A stretch of 64,000 nt of DNA from Candidatus Nomurabacteria bacterium (GCA_023898625.1 CP060231.1:413986-477985), one strand, 5' to 3'. Counted from the first letter of the stretch, positions 19,024-27,412 are shown. A program made the numbers and translations. Notes: generated from the letters alone by a model not told the origin.

Positions 19024-20187
19024 ATGAAAAAGAGTAGCCAAATGACATTTCATGTAGTTTCGCTTCCACACACTCAAACGACAATGGAATATGAAGCGTG
19101 TGCCTATACATCTAAAACCAGAAAGTTCTGTAATATGATGAAATCACTAGGGCATAAAGTGTATCTATACGCATCTGAGGAGAATGAGGCAAATGTTGAC
19201 GAGTTGATTACGATTGCGCCAAAAGATGATCAGCAAAAATGGTTCGGCGACAACGACTTTAAGCAAAATTTTTTCAACTTAACCTGGAATATTGAGGATG
19301 AGCATTGGCAGAATACTAACAGACGTGCAATCAGCCAAATAAAAAAACGAATTAATAAAAAGGATTTTATTTGCATTATTGGTGGCGTTTGTCAAAAGCA
19401 AATTGCCGATGCATTCCCAGCGCACATGTCTGTTGAGTATGGTATTGGTTACGAGGGGGTTTTTGCACCATTTAGGGTATACGAATCGTATTCTCATATG
19501 CACTATGTGCAAGGAAAATTAAATGATGACAACGGAAGGTTCTACGACGCAGTCATCCCAAACTACTTCGAGCCAGAAAACTTTCAGTTCAAGAATAAAA
19601 AAGAAGATTATTTTTTGTTTCTAGGGCGATTTATACCTCGAAAAGGTGTAGAGATTGCTGTAGAAGTTACAAGAAGATTAGGTAAACGACTGGTGTTGGC
19701 AGGGCAAGGAGTTAGTAAGGTAGAAGGAAATACTATTTATGGCGATGACTTTTCGGTTAGTGGGGATCATATTTTGCATGTCGGGCATGCAAATGTTGCT
19801 CAGCGGTCGGCTTTGCTTCGTAACGCAACCGCAACTTTTATGGCGACGACCTATATTGAACCTTTTGGTGGGGTGGCAATCGAAAGCCTGCTTTGTGGAA
19901 CCCCAGTAATAGCTACGGATTTTGGGGCATTTGCCGAGAATATCCAGCATGGAGTTCACGGCTATAGGTTTAGGACAATTGGTGAGGCAGTATGGGGTGC
20001 TAAGAATGTCCACAAGTTAAATAACAAAGTAATCCATGAGTATGCCGTAGAAAACTTTAGCGTAGAACGGGTTAAGTATCTATACCAAGCATATTTTGAG
20101 CAACTGCAAACATTGTGGGAAGAAGGATTCTATTCAAACTGGGATAAAGGTGTCGCTAAATATCAAAGATATAAAAAGTTCTCGTAG
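19024..20187 (+). CDS. Glycosyltransferase family 4 (GT-B, GT1 superfamily)
   Basis: LFLGRFIPRKGVEIAVEV and the E-X7-E motif EPFGGVAIESLLCGTPVIATDFGAFAE. Confidence 0.8.
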   Translation: MKKSSQMTFHVVSLPHTQTTMEYEACAYTSKTRKFCNMMKSLGHKVYLYASEENEANVDELITIAPKDDQQKWFGDNDFKQNFFNLTWNIEDEHWQNTNRRAISQIKKRINKKDFICIIGGVCQKQIADAFPAHMSVEYGIGYEGVFAPFRVYESYSHMHYVQGKLNDDNGRFYDAVIPNYFEPENFQFKNKKEDYFLFLGRFIPRKGVEIAVEVTRRLGKRLVLAGQGVSKVEGNTIYGDDFSVSGDHILHVGHANVAQRSALLRNATATFMATTYIEPFGGVAIESLLCGTPVIATDFGAFAENIQHGVHGYRFRTIGEAVWGAKNVHKLNNKVIHEYAVENFSVERVKYLYQAYFEQLQTLWEEGFYSNWDKGVAKYQRYKKFS

Positions 20188-20222
20188 ATATCACTATCGT
20201 GAATGTTTTAATATAGTTACTT

Positions 20223-22070
20223 TTACCTCACCCCAGTATTCGGACTCCCCACAGCTAACGTAGCTAAGCCTACAGGGTCTTTGATAATGCCAGTTGTTTT
20301 GTCTAAGTCTAAATCACCATTGTCAGTAATAGTATAGGTTAGTAGTAGAGCATGCTGGTTATTATGAGTAGTTTCAGTAATAGTAGCATTGTCTAATGTA
20401 GTATAGCCCTTAGTGCTAGGATCATACTTTTTAGCTATTACCTGATTTGGTTTTAAGTCGGTAACAAATAGTAACGACACTGTGTTGTCTGTAGTAGATG
20501 TACTAAAGCTAAAGTCTATTAAGCCTAATGGATAATTATAGCCAGAGTCTTGAACTGCTAGTGATGATTCTTTAACAGCCACAAAGTTAGATAGTGTAGT
20601 ACTAGTCGGAAGATCTAGAACTACAGTCTTACTATCTTCTGCATTAGGTATAGAGTTACTACCCCCTGTTTTATAGGTATAGATAATCTCATTAGCTCCA
20701 GTAGTAGATAAGGCTAGAGTAGTAGGAGGAGTAGATACTAGACTATAGCCAGAGATATTAGGAGCAGAAGGCAAATCTACTGTATCTCCTACCTTGTAGT
20801 AAGCATTAATATCTTTAGAAGGATTATCCTTGAGTAGATAGTTAGTTAGTGTAGTACTAGAACCAGTGTCATAACCAGTGATAGTAGATGATGGCAATAA
20901 ATCATTACCAGACCCATCCTGATACTTAACTACAGCACGGGAGGGGTTGATGAGAGTCATAAGAAGAATATCGCTAGTATCACCATTGCCATTAGAATCT
21001 GGCATGCCAAAGTCTGCCTCTGTCATTGCTAGATCAGCCAGTCCTAAAATTGTAGCTTGGCTTGGGTCGATATAAACGTTGCAAGTCTTCGTCCCATCTA
21101 TCAAAGCTTGAAAAACTGACGGGCTATATCCCGAATTTGCATAATCTATATATGTAGGAGTATCCGGAACTGTCTGCCCTCCGATTGATGTACTGCTCAT
21201 TGTTGTAACAGAACTAGGGATAAAGACCTCACTTAATTGATCGGCGTTAAATACAAAAGAGCCCAAACTTGTTACTGAGTTAGGTATGTTTATGCTTGTG
21301 AGCTGATTAAACATGAATGCATGGTCACCAATACTTGTTACTGAGTTAGGTATGGTTACGCTAGTGAGTTGATTGTCCTGGAACGCAGCGTTGCCAATAC
21401 TTGTTACTGAGTTAGGTATAGTTACGCTGGTGAGTTGATTGTCCTGGAACGCAGCGTTGCCAATACTTGTTACTGAGTTAGGTATAGTTACGCTGGTGAG
21501 TTGATTATAAGCAAACAACCCTGTATTCATAGATGTCACCGAATTTGGTATTGTGACATTTGTGAGCAGATTGTTCTCAAACGAACTTTCACCCATATAT
21601 ATCACCGAATTGGGTATTGTCACGTTAGTTAGTTGGTTGGCATAAAAAGCAGAGTTGCCGATAGTAGTAACAGAACCAGGGATAGTTACGCTAGTTAGTT
21701 GCTCGTTGTCCATAGCATAGTCTCCTATCACGTTCACCGCTACACCACCAATAGTACTAGGTATATCTACAGCCTTAGGGCAAGCTGGATCACTTGGATT
21801 GTTGTTTTCGTGCTCGTAGTAACCTGTAATAGTATTAGTACCAGCATTAAAGTTAAAACAGCTATCCGGAGGAGTTATAGCATAGGCTTTATTAGTAGGT
21901 ATTAAGGCTAATGTAGTAGATAAAGCTAACACTAAACTAATAGCTATTAATGATGCAGAAACAGAAGCAGGCTTTAGATAAGCCATAAACTTATTAGTAC
22001 CCTCAATTGTTTTGTTATCTTTATAACAACCAAACATAGAAACACTAAACTTTTGCATTAACGACTTCAA
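20223..22070 (-). CDS. Surface protein with BspA-type leucine-rich repeats and conserved C-terminal domain ending ...DPVGLATLAVGSPNTGVR
   Basis: N-terminal TM/signal (VSASLIAISLVLALSTTLALI); more than 10 repeats of LTSVTIPNSVTSIGNAAFQDNQ (LRR_5/BspA type); C-terminal roughly 120 aa shared with the protein at 31333..32511. Confidence 0.8.
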   Translation of the reverse strand: MKSLMQKFSVSMFGCYKDNKTIEGTNKFMAYLKPASVSASLIAISLVLALSTTLALIPTNKAYAITPPDSCFNFNAGTNTITGYYEHENNNPSDPACPKAVDIPSTIGGVAVNVIGDYAMDNEQLTSVTIPGSVTTIGNSAFYANQLTNVTIPNSVIYMGESSFENNLLTNVTIPNSVTSMNTGLFAYNQLTSVTIPNSVTSIGNAAFQDNQLTSVTIPNSVTSIGNAAFQDNQLTSVTIPNSVTSIGDHAFMFNQLTSINIPNSVTSLGSFVFNADQLSEVFIPSSVTTMSSTSIGGQTVPDTPTYIDYANSGYSPSVFQALIDGTKTCNVYIDPSQATILGLADLAMTEADFGMPDSNGNGDTSDILLMTLINPSRAVVKYQDGSGNDLLPSSTITGYDTGSSTTLTNYLLKDNPSKDINAYYKVGDTVDLPSAPNISGYSLVSTPPTTLALSTTGANEIIYTYKTGGSNSIPNAEDSKTVVLDLPTSTTLSNFVAVKESSLAVQDSGYNYPLGLIDFSFSTSTTDNTVSLLFVTDLKPNQVIAKKYDPSTKGYTTLDNATITETTHNNQHALLLTYTITDNGDLDLDKTTGIIKDPVGLATLAVGSPNTGVR

Positions 22071-22195
22071 TTCCCATTCCTTCTAAAGTTACTACTATTT
22101 ACAAGCATAAGAATAACATAAGATGTTAACCTTGTGCAATGGCGACAGACGGGTTTCGTGTTGCTAAATGAACTTGCATATTTTGATAAAGGATT

Positions 22196-22660
22196 GTGTT
22201 AGTTCTTGACCGATGGTACTATTATATTATGTTATCGGTTTTTGAGAGATATCCACTTCCAGACATCACCCCTTTTGATAATAACCAAATAGAGGCTGAC
22301 CTGCTTGCAGATATTGAGTCAAGAAAGCGCGCAATGCTCAACCAAATTGACTACTCAATAGTAAATGATGATTTTTCTCCAACAAGGCTGGCTTGTATCG
22401 AGAATAATCTGAATCCCAAAATATCATTTGCTGTGCATTCAGCAGTATTAAGTCTACTAGATGATAGGGGCTTGCTAGATGAGTATTATGACGAGGACAA
22501 TGTTATTTATGCCAAAAATAACGTATGGGAGATAAGACTCGAACGCGATATTCCGAACGCCAAATATAAAGAACAGTTTAGGTTCATCAGTTCAGATTTA
22601 AGTGATGATAACTATAATTCTGAACATCGGTTTACGTTTTGGCACAGAATATGCCGATAA
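22196..22660 (+). CDS. Hypothetical protein (start probably at an internal Met)
   Basis: ORF only; acidic; no domain recognised. Confidence 0.4.
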   Translation: MLVLDRWYYYIMLSVFERYPLPDITPFDNNQIEADLLADIESRKRAMLNQIDYSIVNDDFSPTRLACIENNLNPKISFAVHSAVLSLLDDRGLLDEYYDEDNVIYAKNNVWEIRLERDIPNAKYKEQFRFISSDLSDDNYNSEHRFTFWHRICR

Positions 22661-22676
22661 ATGTAATCGAAAAAAG

Positions 22677-22752
22677 TGGTGGGGGTGGTTGGAATTGAAC
22701 CAACGACCAATCGGTTATGAGCCGACTGCTCTAACCACTGAGCTACACCCCC
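22677..22752 (-). tRNA. tRNA-Met (anticodon CAU), elongator type, CCA encoded
   Basis: Reverse complement folds as GGGGGTG-TA-GCTC-AGTGGTTA-GAGC-A-GTCGG-CTCATAA-CCGAT-TGGTC-GTTGG-TTCAATT-CCAAC-CACCCCC-A-CCA. Confidence 0.85.
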
Positions 22753-22833
22753 TTGCAATTAGTGTATCTCAGTAATGAGTAACAGAGTGGATTATATCAG
22801 AAATTACTTTCGTTATATAATGATTATGTATTT

Positions 22834-23277
22834 ATGTTGCAAAAAATAAAAACTACCAGTACTCATTTTATTAAACGATTAAGTGATGTTCGCTTTTCTG
22901 GGCAGGTTATATTTGTAATTATTGTCTTGTTGGTAAGTTGGAGTACAGTAAAGGCCATTCAGTCTAACTACGATGTTCAAAAACAAGTTGTCGCTAAACA
23001 AAAAGAAAATGAGATTCAAGAGTTAAAAAATAACAATCTCAAAATAAAGAACCAATACCTGGAAACTGATGAATATCTAGAGCTCGCCGCGCGAGAACAA
23101 CTAGGCAAGGCAGGACCCGGAGAGACAGTAGTAATTATTCCTAAAGACGTTGCAATGAAACACACTGTTGAGAGCTCAATCCAATCAAGCGAACAAGCAC
23201 AAAAAAAAGTAGATGATTCAAAGCCAACATATCAAAAGAACCTTGAGTCATGGGGAAGATTCTTCTTTCATCACTAA
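22834..23277 (+). CDS. Septum formation initiator family protein (FtsB/DivIC-like)
   Basis: Single N-terminal TM (VIFVIIVLLVSWSTV) followed by a coiled-coil (QKQVVAKQKENEIQELKNNNLKIKNQYLETDEYLELAAREQLG), a characteristic DivIC/FtsB motif. Confidence 0.65.
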   Translation: MLQKIKTTSTHFIKRLSDVRFSGQVIFVIIVLLVSWSTVKAIQSNYDVQKQVVAKQKENEIQELKNNNLKIKNQYLETDEYLELAAREQLGKAGPGETVVIIPKDVAMKHTVESSIQSSEQAQKKVDDSKPTYQKNLESWGRFFFHH

Positions 23278-23428
23278 TACCTTAGAACACTATATGTAGA
23301 ATGTTGTCGCGAAGTATATAAACAATAACAAGACCAATGCAAAACGCAACAAAAAAACCAATAATTAAAGCATATAGAGTACTAAACCTAGAGTCCCGAT
23401 CATGCTTGTTCATGTATTTATCATACAA

Positions 23429-23482
23429 CAATAACAAAAAAGACCCATAAACTGGGTCACTTTTGTTGGTTGCGGGACCAGG
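23429..23482. repeat. 54-bp direct repeat copy 1 (duplicates the terminator hairpin plus the last 16 nt of tRNA-fMet); att-like scar
   Basis: caataacaaaaaagacccataaactgggtcacttttgttggttgcgggaccagg is identical to 23598..23650; includes CCTGGTCCCGCAACCA, the 3' end of the tRNA, in reverse complement. Confidence 0.85.
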
Positions 23483-23597
23483 GGCGGTCTCATTAATTCG
23501 ACCCATTTCCTCACATGCTCGATGCAAGCATCTGTGCTTGTTCGTCATGAGCGAACCTGTGGCAAATTGCGCATCCAGGTTCTCGTCTTTACTTTAC

Positions 23598-23650
23598 AAT
23601 AACAAAAAAGACCCATAAACTGGGTCACTTTTGTTGGTTGCGGGACCAGG
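23598..23650. repeat. 54-bp direct repeat copy 2 (overlaps the genuine tRNA-fMet 3' end and its terminator)
   Basis: Identical to 23429..23482. Confidence 0.85.
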
Positions 23651-23709
23651 ACTCGAACCTGGGACCTCGTGGTTATGAGCCACGCGAGCTGCCGCTGCTC
23701 CATCCCGCG
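23635..23709 (-). tRNA. Initiator tRNA-fMet (anticodon CAU)
   Basis: CGCGGGA-TG-GAGC-AGCGGCA-GCTC-G-CGTGG-CTCATAA-CCACG-AGGTC-CCAGG-TTCGAGT-CCTGG-TCCCGCA-A-CCA. The C1:A72 mismatch is characteristic of bacterial initiator tRNA. A terminator hairpin GACCCAGTTTATGGGTC+T6 lies immediately 3'. Confidence 0.85.
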
Positions 23710-23856
23710 ATGATAAATATAGCACCTTGCAACAAAAAACTTTTGTATCTGTGAGCAATATCAGCTGTAATTATATCAAACAGAGGTGAGGAGGTCAACA
23801 TTAACTATACAAACATTTTACTTATGTTTCTATAGATACTATGCTATAAGTAGATT

Positions 23857-24891
23857 ATGAAAAAGGAGTCTCCAAGAAGGTCTGTTAGTGGTGATATAGT
23901 TCCGGCAAAACGCACTAAAAAAAATACATCGCGTAACTTTGTAGCAGTAAACGCAAGCAGAGAAGATGGTAATAAAAAGATTATTGCAGATTCTGCATCA
24001 AAAAATATTGGCAGATCAGCGATAAAAAAAGTGTTGCTTGGTGATAGTTACGCCAAACTAAGGCAAACCAATTACAAAGAGCTATTAGAAATAGACGAAG
24101 AAACACTAGATGACGTGTCTAGTAGAATGTATAAACCAACCTATTTCAGGCACGCACACAAATCGCCACTTGCTGATCATATTGGTGAATTTAGAAGAAG
24201 AACACTATGGTGTGTGTTGGCGCTAGTATTCGGAGGTGTTTTAGGTTATAAGTACCAGGACCAAATTATTGCCTGGTTAGTTAAGCCACTTGGCCAGCAA
24301 TTATTCTATACAAGCCCAACAGGTGGGTTTGATTTCCTGATAAAGATCTGTCTGTTTTTTGGGTTTATATTGGCGGTTCCGGTCATCATATACAACATTT
24401 TTAAGTTTATATCTCCAGCAATTCCTCCTCATATCTCGTATAGTTTTATCAAGATTATTATCATTTCAATATTGCTAGCATTAGGTGGGGTAGCTTTTGC
24501 GTATTTTGTGAGCTTGCCAGCTGCATTACATTTCTTGAATAACTTCACCAATCAGCAAGTTTCTTCTTTAATTAGTGCTCAAGAATACTTTAATTTTGTT
24601 ATGATTTATATGGCTGGATTTGCTTTATTATTTCAGATGCCATTGGTGTTTTCGTTTATCAACAAGGTTAAGCCCCTCAAGCCAGCACGACTACTAAAGC
24701 AACAACGTATTGTAATTTTGGTTAGCTTTATTGTTGCCGCAATTCTGACCCCCACGCCAGATCCAATAAACCAAGCACTCATGGCTGCACCGATCATTGC
24801 CCTTTATCAAACATCAATTGGTGTAGTATGGCGTGATAATCGTCGGATTAAGCCAAAGAATAGAAATAGTACTCAGTTAGGAATGGCGTAG
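23857..24891 (+). CDS. tatC: Twin-arginine translocase subunit TatC (with about 90-aa basic N-terminal extension; alternative start about 24127)
   Basis: LADHIGEFRRRTLWCVLALVFGG..., six predicted TM helices, FKFISPAIPP and LALGGVAFAYFVSLPAALHFL segments typical of TatC. Confidence 0.8.
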   Translation: MKKESPRRSVSGDIVPAKRTKKNTSRNFVAVNASREDGNKKIIADSASKNIGRSAIKKVLLGDSYAKLRQTNYKELLEIDEETLDDVSSRMYKPTYFRHAHKSPLADHIGEFRRRTLWCVLALVFGGVLGYKYQDQIIAWLVKPLGQQLFYTSPTGGFDFLIKICLFFGFILAVPVIIYNIFKFISPAIPPHISYSFIKIIIISILLALGGVAFAYFVSLPAALHFLNNFTNQQVSSLISAQEYFNFVMIYMAGFALLFQMPLVFSFINKVKPLKPARLLKQQRIVILVSFIVAAILTPTPDPINQALMAAPIIALYQTSIGVVWRDNRRIKPKNRNSTQLGMA

Positions 24892-25008
24892 GATAATTGT
24901 ATTGCATAGATACATTACCAATATATGACTACAGCTTTTATCTTGCTATACACGGTTTTTTTAGTTATGATTACAAAGTAAATATAAGCAAGAGAGGGAG
25001 AATTTATA

Positions 25009-25182
25009 ATGTTTGGTTTGGGTGTCCCAGAACTATTAATTATACTGCTAATTCTATTATTGTTGTTTGGCGCAAGTCGATTGCCAAAATTATCACGGTC
25101 TATCGGCGAGTCTGCACGAGAGCTTCGCAAGGGGCTTAATGAAGAACCTGAAGACAACGACAATAAGAAAAAAGCTAAATAG
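25009..25182 (+). CDS. tatA: Twin-arginine translocase subunit TatA/E (57 aa; below the ORF-track size cut-off)
   Basis: MFGLGVPELLIILLILLLLFGASRLPKLSRSIGESARELRKGL matches the TatA signature (FG hinge, TM, amphipathic helix); RBS GAGGGAG 8 nt upstream; terminator follows. Confidence 0.8.
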   Translation: MFGLGVPELLIILLILLLLFGASRLPKLSRSIGESARELRKGLNEEPEDNDNKKKAK

Positions 25183-25197
25183 CCTAAGCTATCCAAT

Positions 25198-25230
25198 AAA
25201 ATAGGCATCAATATGTGCCTATTTTTTTGT
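25198..25230 (+). terminator. Rho-independent terminator after tatA
   Basis: AAATAGGCA-tcaatatg-TGCCTATTT followed by TTTTTTT. Confidence 0.7.
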
Positions 25231-25429
25231 TGACAGATCTATTTGATAGTAGGTAAACTATAAAGGTCTTAACAGACAAACAAAAACCTCACAAATATAA
25301 AACTAAACCAGAAAGGCGTTGTCACTATGGCTACGCAAGTATTAGGTGGGCTAGTATACGAGCTAACGCCCACTGCAGATCAAGCTTTACTTGATTTCGA
25401 TGAGTTATTCGAAGATTAAGATAGAGCTG

Positions 25430-25463
25430 TTGTCGCCTAGTATTACTAGGCGACAATTTTATT
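25430..25463 (+). terminator. Rho-independent terminator (plus-strand orientation) downstream of a 30-codon small ORF
   Basis: TTGTCGCCTAGTA / TACTAGGCGACAA 13-bp inverted repeat followed by TTTTATT. Confidence 0.65.
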
Positions 25464-26646
25464 GCTGGGCTCTAATAGGTACAATGCCAGTTGGTCTTTT
25501 GTGGTTAGAGTGACCTTTGTATGTATACTCTACGGTTTTTCCTAACACGAATGGCGCTAATCCATTATCAGTGGAAGTTGGTTGTTGATCCCTAAGGCTT
25601 TCCATAAGAATTCGTTGCTCACTAACAGCTTCATTGCTTGTTCTAGCTAGCAAAGACTCTTTGGCGTCTTTGCCTTCATCTGTCTTTGGTTTAGCATTAG
25701 CGATGTTTAGTTTTTTCGCGACAGTTTGCATAGATTGCGTAATTGTTTCAAGATCAAAAATTCCTGACAAACCAATTATCAGGGCGAGTTTATCAAAATT
25801 AGGAATGCCCAGCCTGCCTGGCATCGAAAATTCTTTATATACGCGGTTCATAGCAGTTAACGTTCCATCTGGATCTACATCAAGCGATGCTTGGCTTGCC
25901 TTGCGGTAAAACTCATAATGATTCTGTTCATCTCCTGCTACTGGGTTCATTATTTTTCTACCGGTTGGTGGCAAAATCCAACCTTCTTTTTTGTGAGCTT
26001 CTTTAGTGAGGTGTTCTTGTAGTGTGAGATAAGAAAATGCAACTTGTAGATCCTGTGGATCAATCTCTGTCCCGGTACGTAATTGTTGCACTCGGCCTTG
26101 GTGGTAGCTTGATTGAGATATTGCAGATAGTTCATTTTCGCCAATCATCCCAGACAACAACGCGTAATCACGCATTATTACACCGTGAGTATCTTCTTCG
26201 GCTGTCCATTCATTGGCAAAAGCCGATAAGGCTGGACTTTCATGAACTTTGCTATGGATACGGCTAGTGTAGTGGGGCAGATTGTCTTCGGTCAGCAAAT
26301 TTACCAGAAACGAAGCACCCATAATAGCCCGTATATCAATAGCGTATTTTTCTGCAAAAACAGATACATGTGCATTGTAATCTTCACGAAGAACCACGCC
26401 GTATTCTAAGGGGTCAGGTCCAGTATTTGCAGATCTAGCTAATTGTTCCATTGGCGAAAACGGGCGCTTATCTGGCAGTCCGTCTTGCTTGCTAGCAATG
26501 GATTGCATATGCTCATCGTAAGCTTGTTCTAGGCTTGGTTCTATTTCACGAAGTAGGTTGCTATCTTTCATAATATAAGTATAGCGCAGTAAGGCTCTCA
26601 ATATTATGTTTACAGCTAGTAGATATATAAATGTGCGAAATATCAC
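25459..26646 (-). CDS. Acyl-ACP desaturase-like diiron (ferritin-like) protein; probable true start at Met 26571
   Basis: Two diiron-carboxylate motifs WTAEEDTHG and GDEQNHYEFY, matching the EENRHG / DEXRHE signatures of soluble acyl-ACP desaturases (DesA family). Confidence 0.6.
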   Translation of the reverse strand: MIFRTFIYLLAVNIILRALLRYTYIMKDSNLLREIEPSLEQAYDEHMQSIASKQDGLPDKRPFSPMEQLARSANTGPDPLEYGVVLREDYNAHVSVFAEKYAIDIRAIMGASFLVNLLTEDNLPHYTSRIHSKVHESPALSAFANEWTAEEDTHGVIMRDYALLSGMIGENELSAISQSSYHQGRVQQLRTGTEIDPQDLQVAFSYLTLQEHLTKEAHKKEGWILPPTGRKIMNPVAGDEQNHYEFYRKASQASLDVDPDGTLTAMNRVYKEFSMPGRLGIPNFDKLALIIGLSGIFDLETITQSMQTVAKKLNIANAKPKTDEGKDAKESLLARTSNEAVSEQRILMESLRDQQPTSTDNGLAPFVLGKTVEYTYKGHSNHKRPTGIVPIRAQQ

Positions 26647-26697
26647 AGATTCATAGTCAAAATTATTTAGATATGCTACAATCTCATCTGTTAGTTT

Positions 26698-26774
26698 GTC
26701 GGTGTAGCTCAGTTGGTTAGAGCGCAGGACTCATAAGCCTGAGGTCGTAGGTTCGATCCCCACCACCGACACCA
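26698..26774 (+). tRNA. tRNA with CAU anticodon (Met elongator or Ile2/lysidine type), 1.2 kb from tilS
   Basis: GTCGGTG-TA-GCTC-AGTTGGTTA-GAGC-G-CAGGA-CTCATAA-GCCTG-AGGTC-GTAGG-TTCGATC-CCCAC-CACCGAC-A-CCA. Canonical D and T loops and full acceptor stem, but one mismatch each in the anticodon and T stems. Confidence 0.65.
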
Positions 26775-26821
26775 ATTAAATTTGAAAAATATATAGTTAT
26801 GGTGTAAAATAGAATTCTAGT

Positions 26822-27412
26822 ATGAAGATGCTGGACAATAATTTAGAACATGAACCCGGGCAGGGTTCTTTTTTTATTCGTGAGCTGGACGAGGAAGTTA
26901 TTCGTCAAAATGATCAACATTTCGAATTAGTACAGTTTGCAGATACCGAAATATTAATCAGATCGATAAACGACACCGCAAGCTATTTATCGAACAAGCC
27001 CAACCCTATGCTTAAATCAATTGAAGAACTAAACCTAGATCAAAAGCTCGCGGAGCTTAAAGATGAAATTCTAAACGCTCAGGTTGTAGAGATAGCCTTT
27101 CCTAAAATTACAACTAGATACACATCAAATTACGATTTATTGATTAGAGCATATTCTGTGCCAAGCAAAATTATCGAAAGCCACAAAACAATGCTTTATA
27201 AAGATAGAATAAAATCTGTAGTTGTTTTACCGGGTCAAGAAAGCGAAAGTTTGTTTGTTCCAAGAGTTGTTTTGCAAGTAGAAACAGGGCTTGAGCCTGC
27301 AATCAATAGTATCAAAGATGGTGAAGTAATAGAGATGCCTGGTCAGCCAAGATGGTATGATTTTTCGCTAGATAGAAGCCGTATTCGGACTTTCGATATA
27401 AAACCTAAGTAA
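26822..27412 (+). CDS. Hypothetical protein (196 aa) with N-terminal PGQGSF motif
   Basis: ORF; N-terminal EHEPGQGSFFIRE resembles the N-terminus of the ORF at 1403; no domain recognised. Confidence 0.5.
   Translation: MKMLDNNLEHEPGQGSFFIRELDEEVIRQNDQHFELVQFADTEILIRSINDTASYLSNKPNPMLKSIEELNLDQKLAELKDEILNAQVVEIAFPKITTRYTSNYDLLIRAYSVPSKIIESHKTMLYKDRIKSVVVLPGQESESLFVPRVVLQVETGLEPAINSIKDGEVIEMPGQPRWYDFSLDRSRIRTFDIKPK

Noticed and set aside
23282-23548. 88-aa ORF on the minus strand downstream of tRNA-fMet
   Set aside because: Its reading frame runs straight through the duplicated terminator hairpin and the tRNA 3'-end copy. It is most likely an artefact of the att-like duplication. At most the C-terminal 43-codon hydrophobic mini-ORF could be real.
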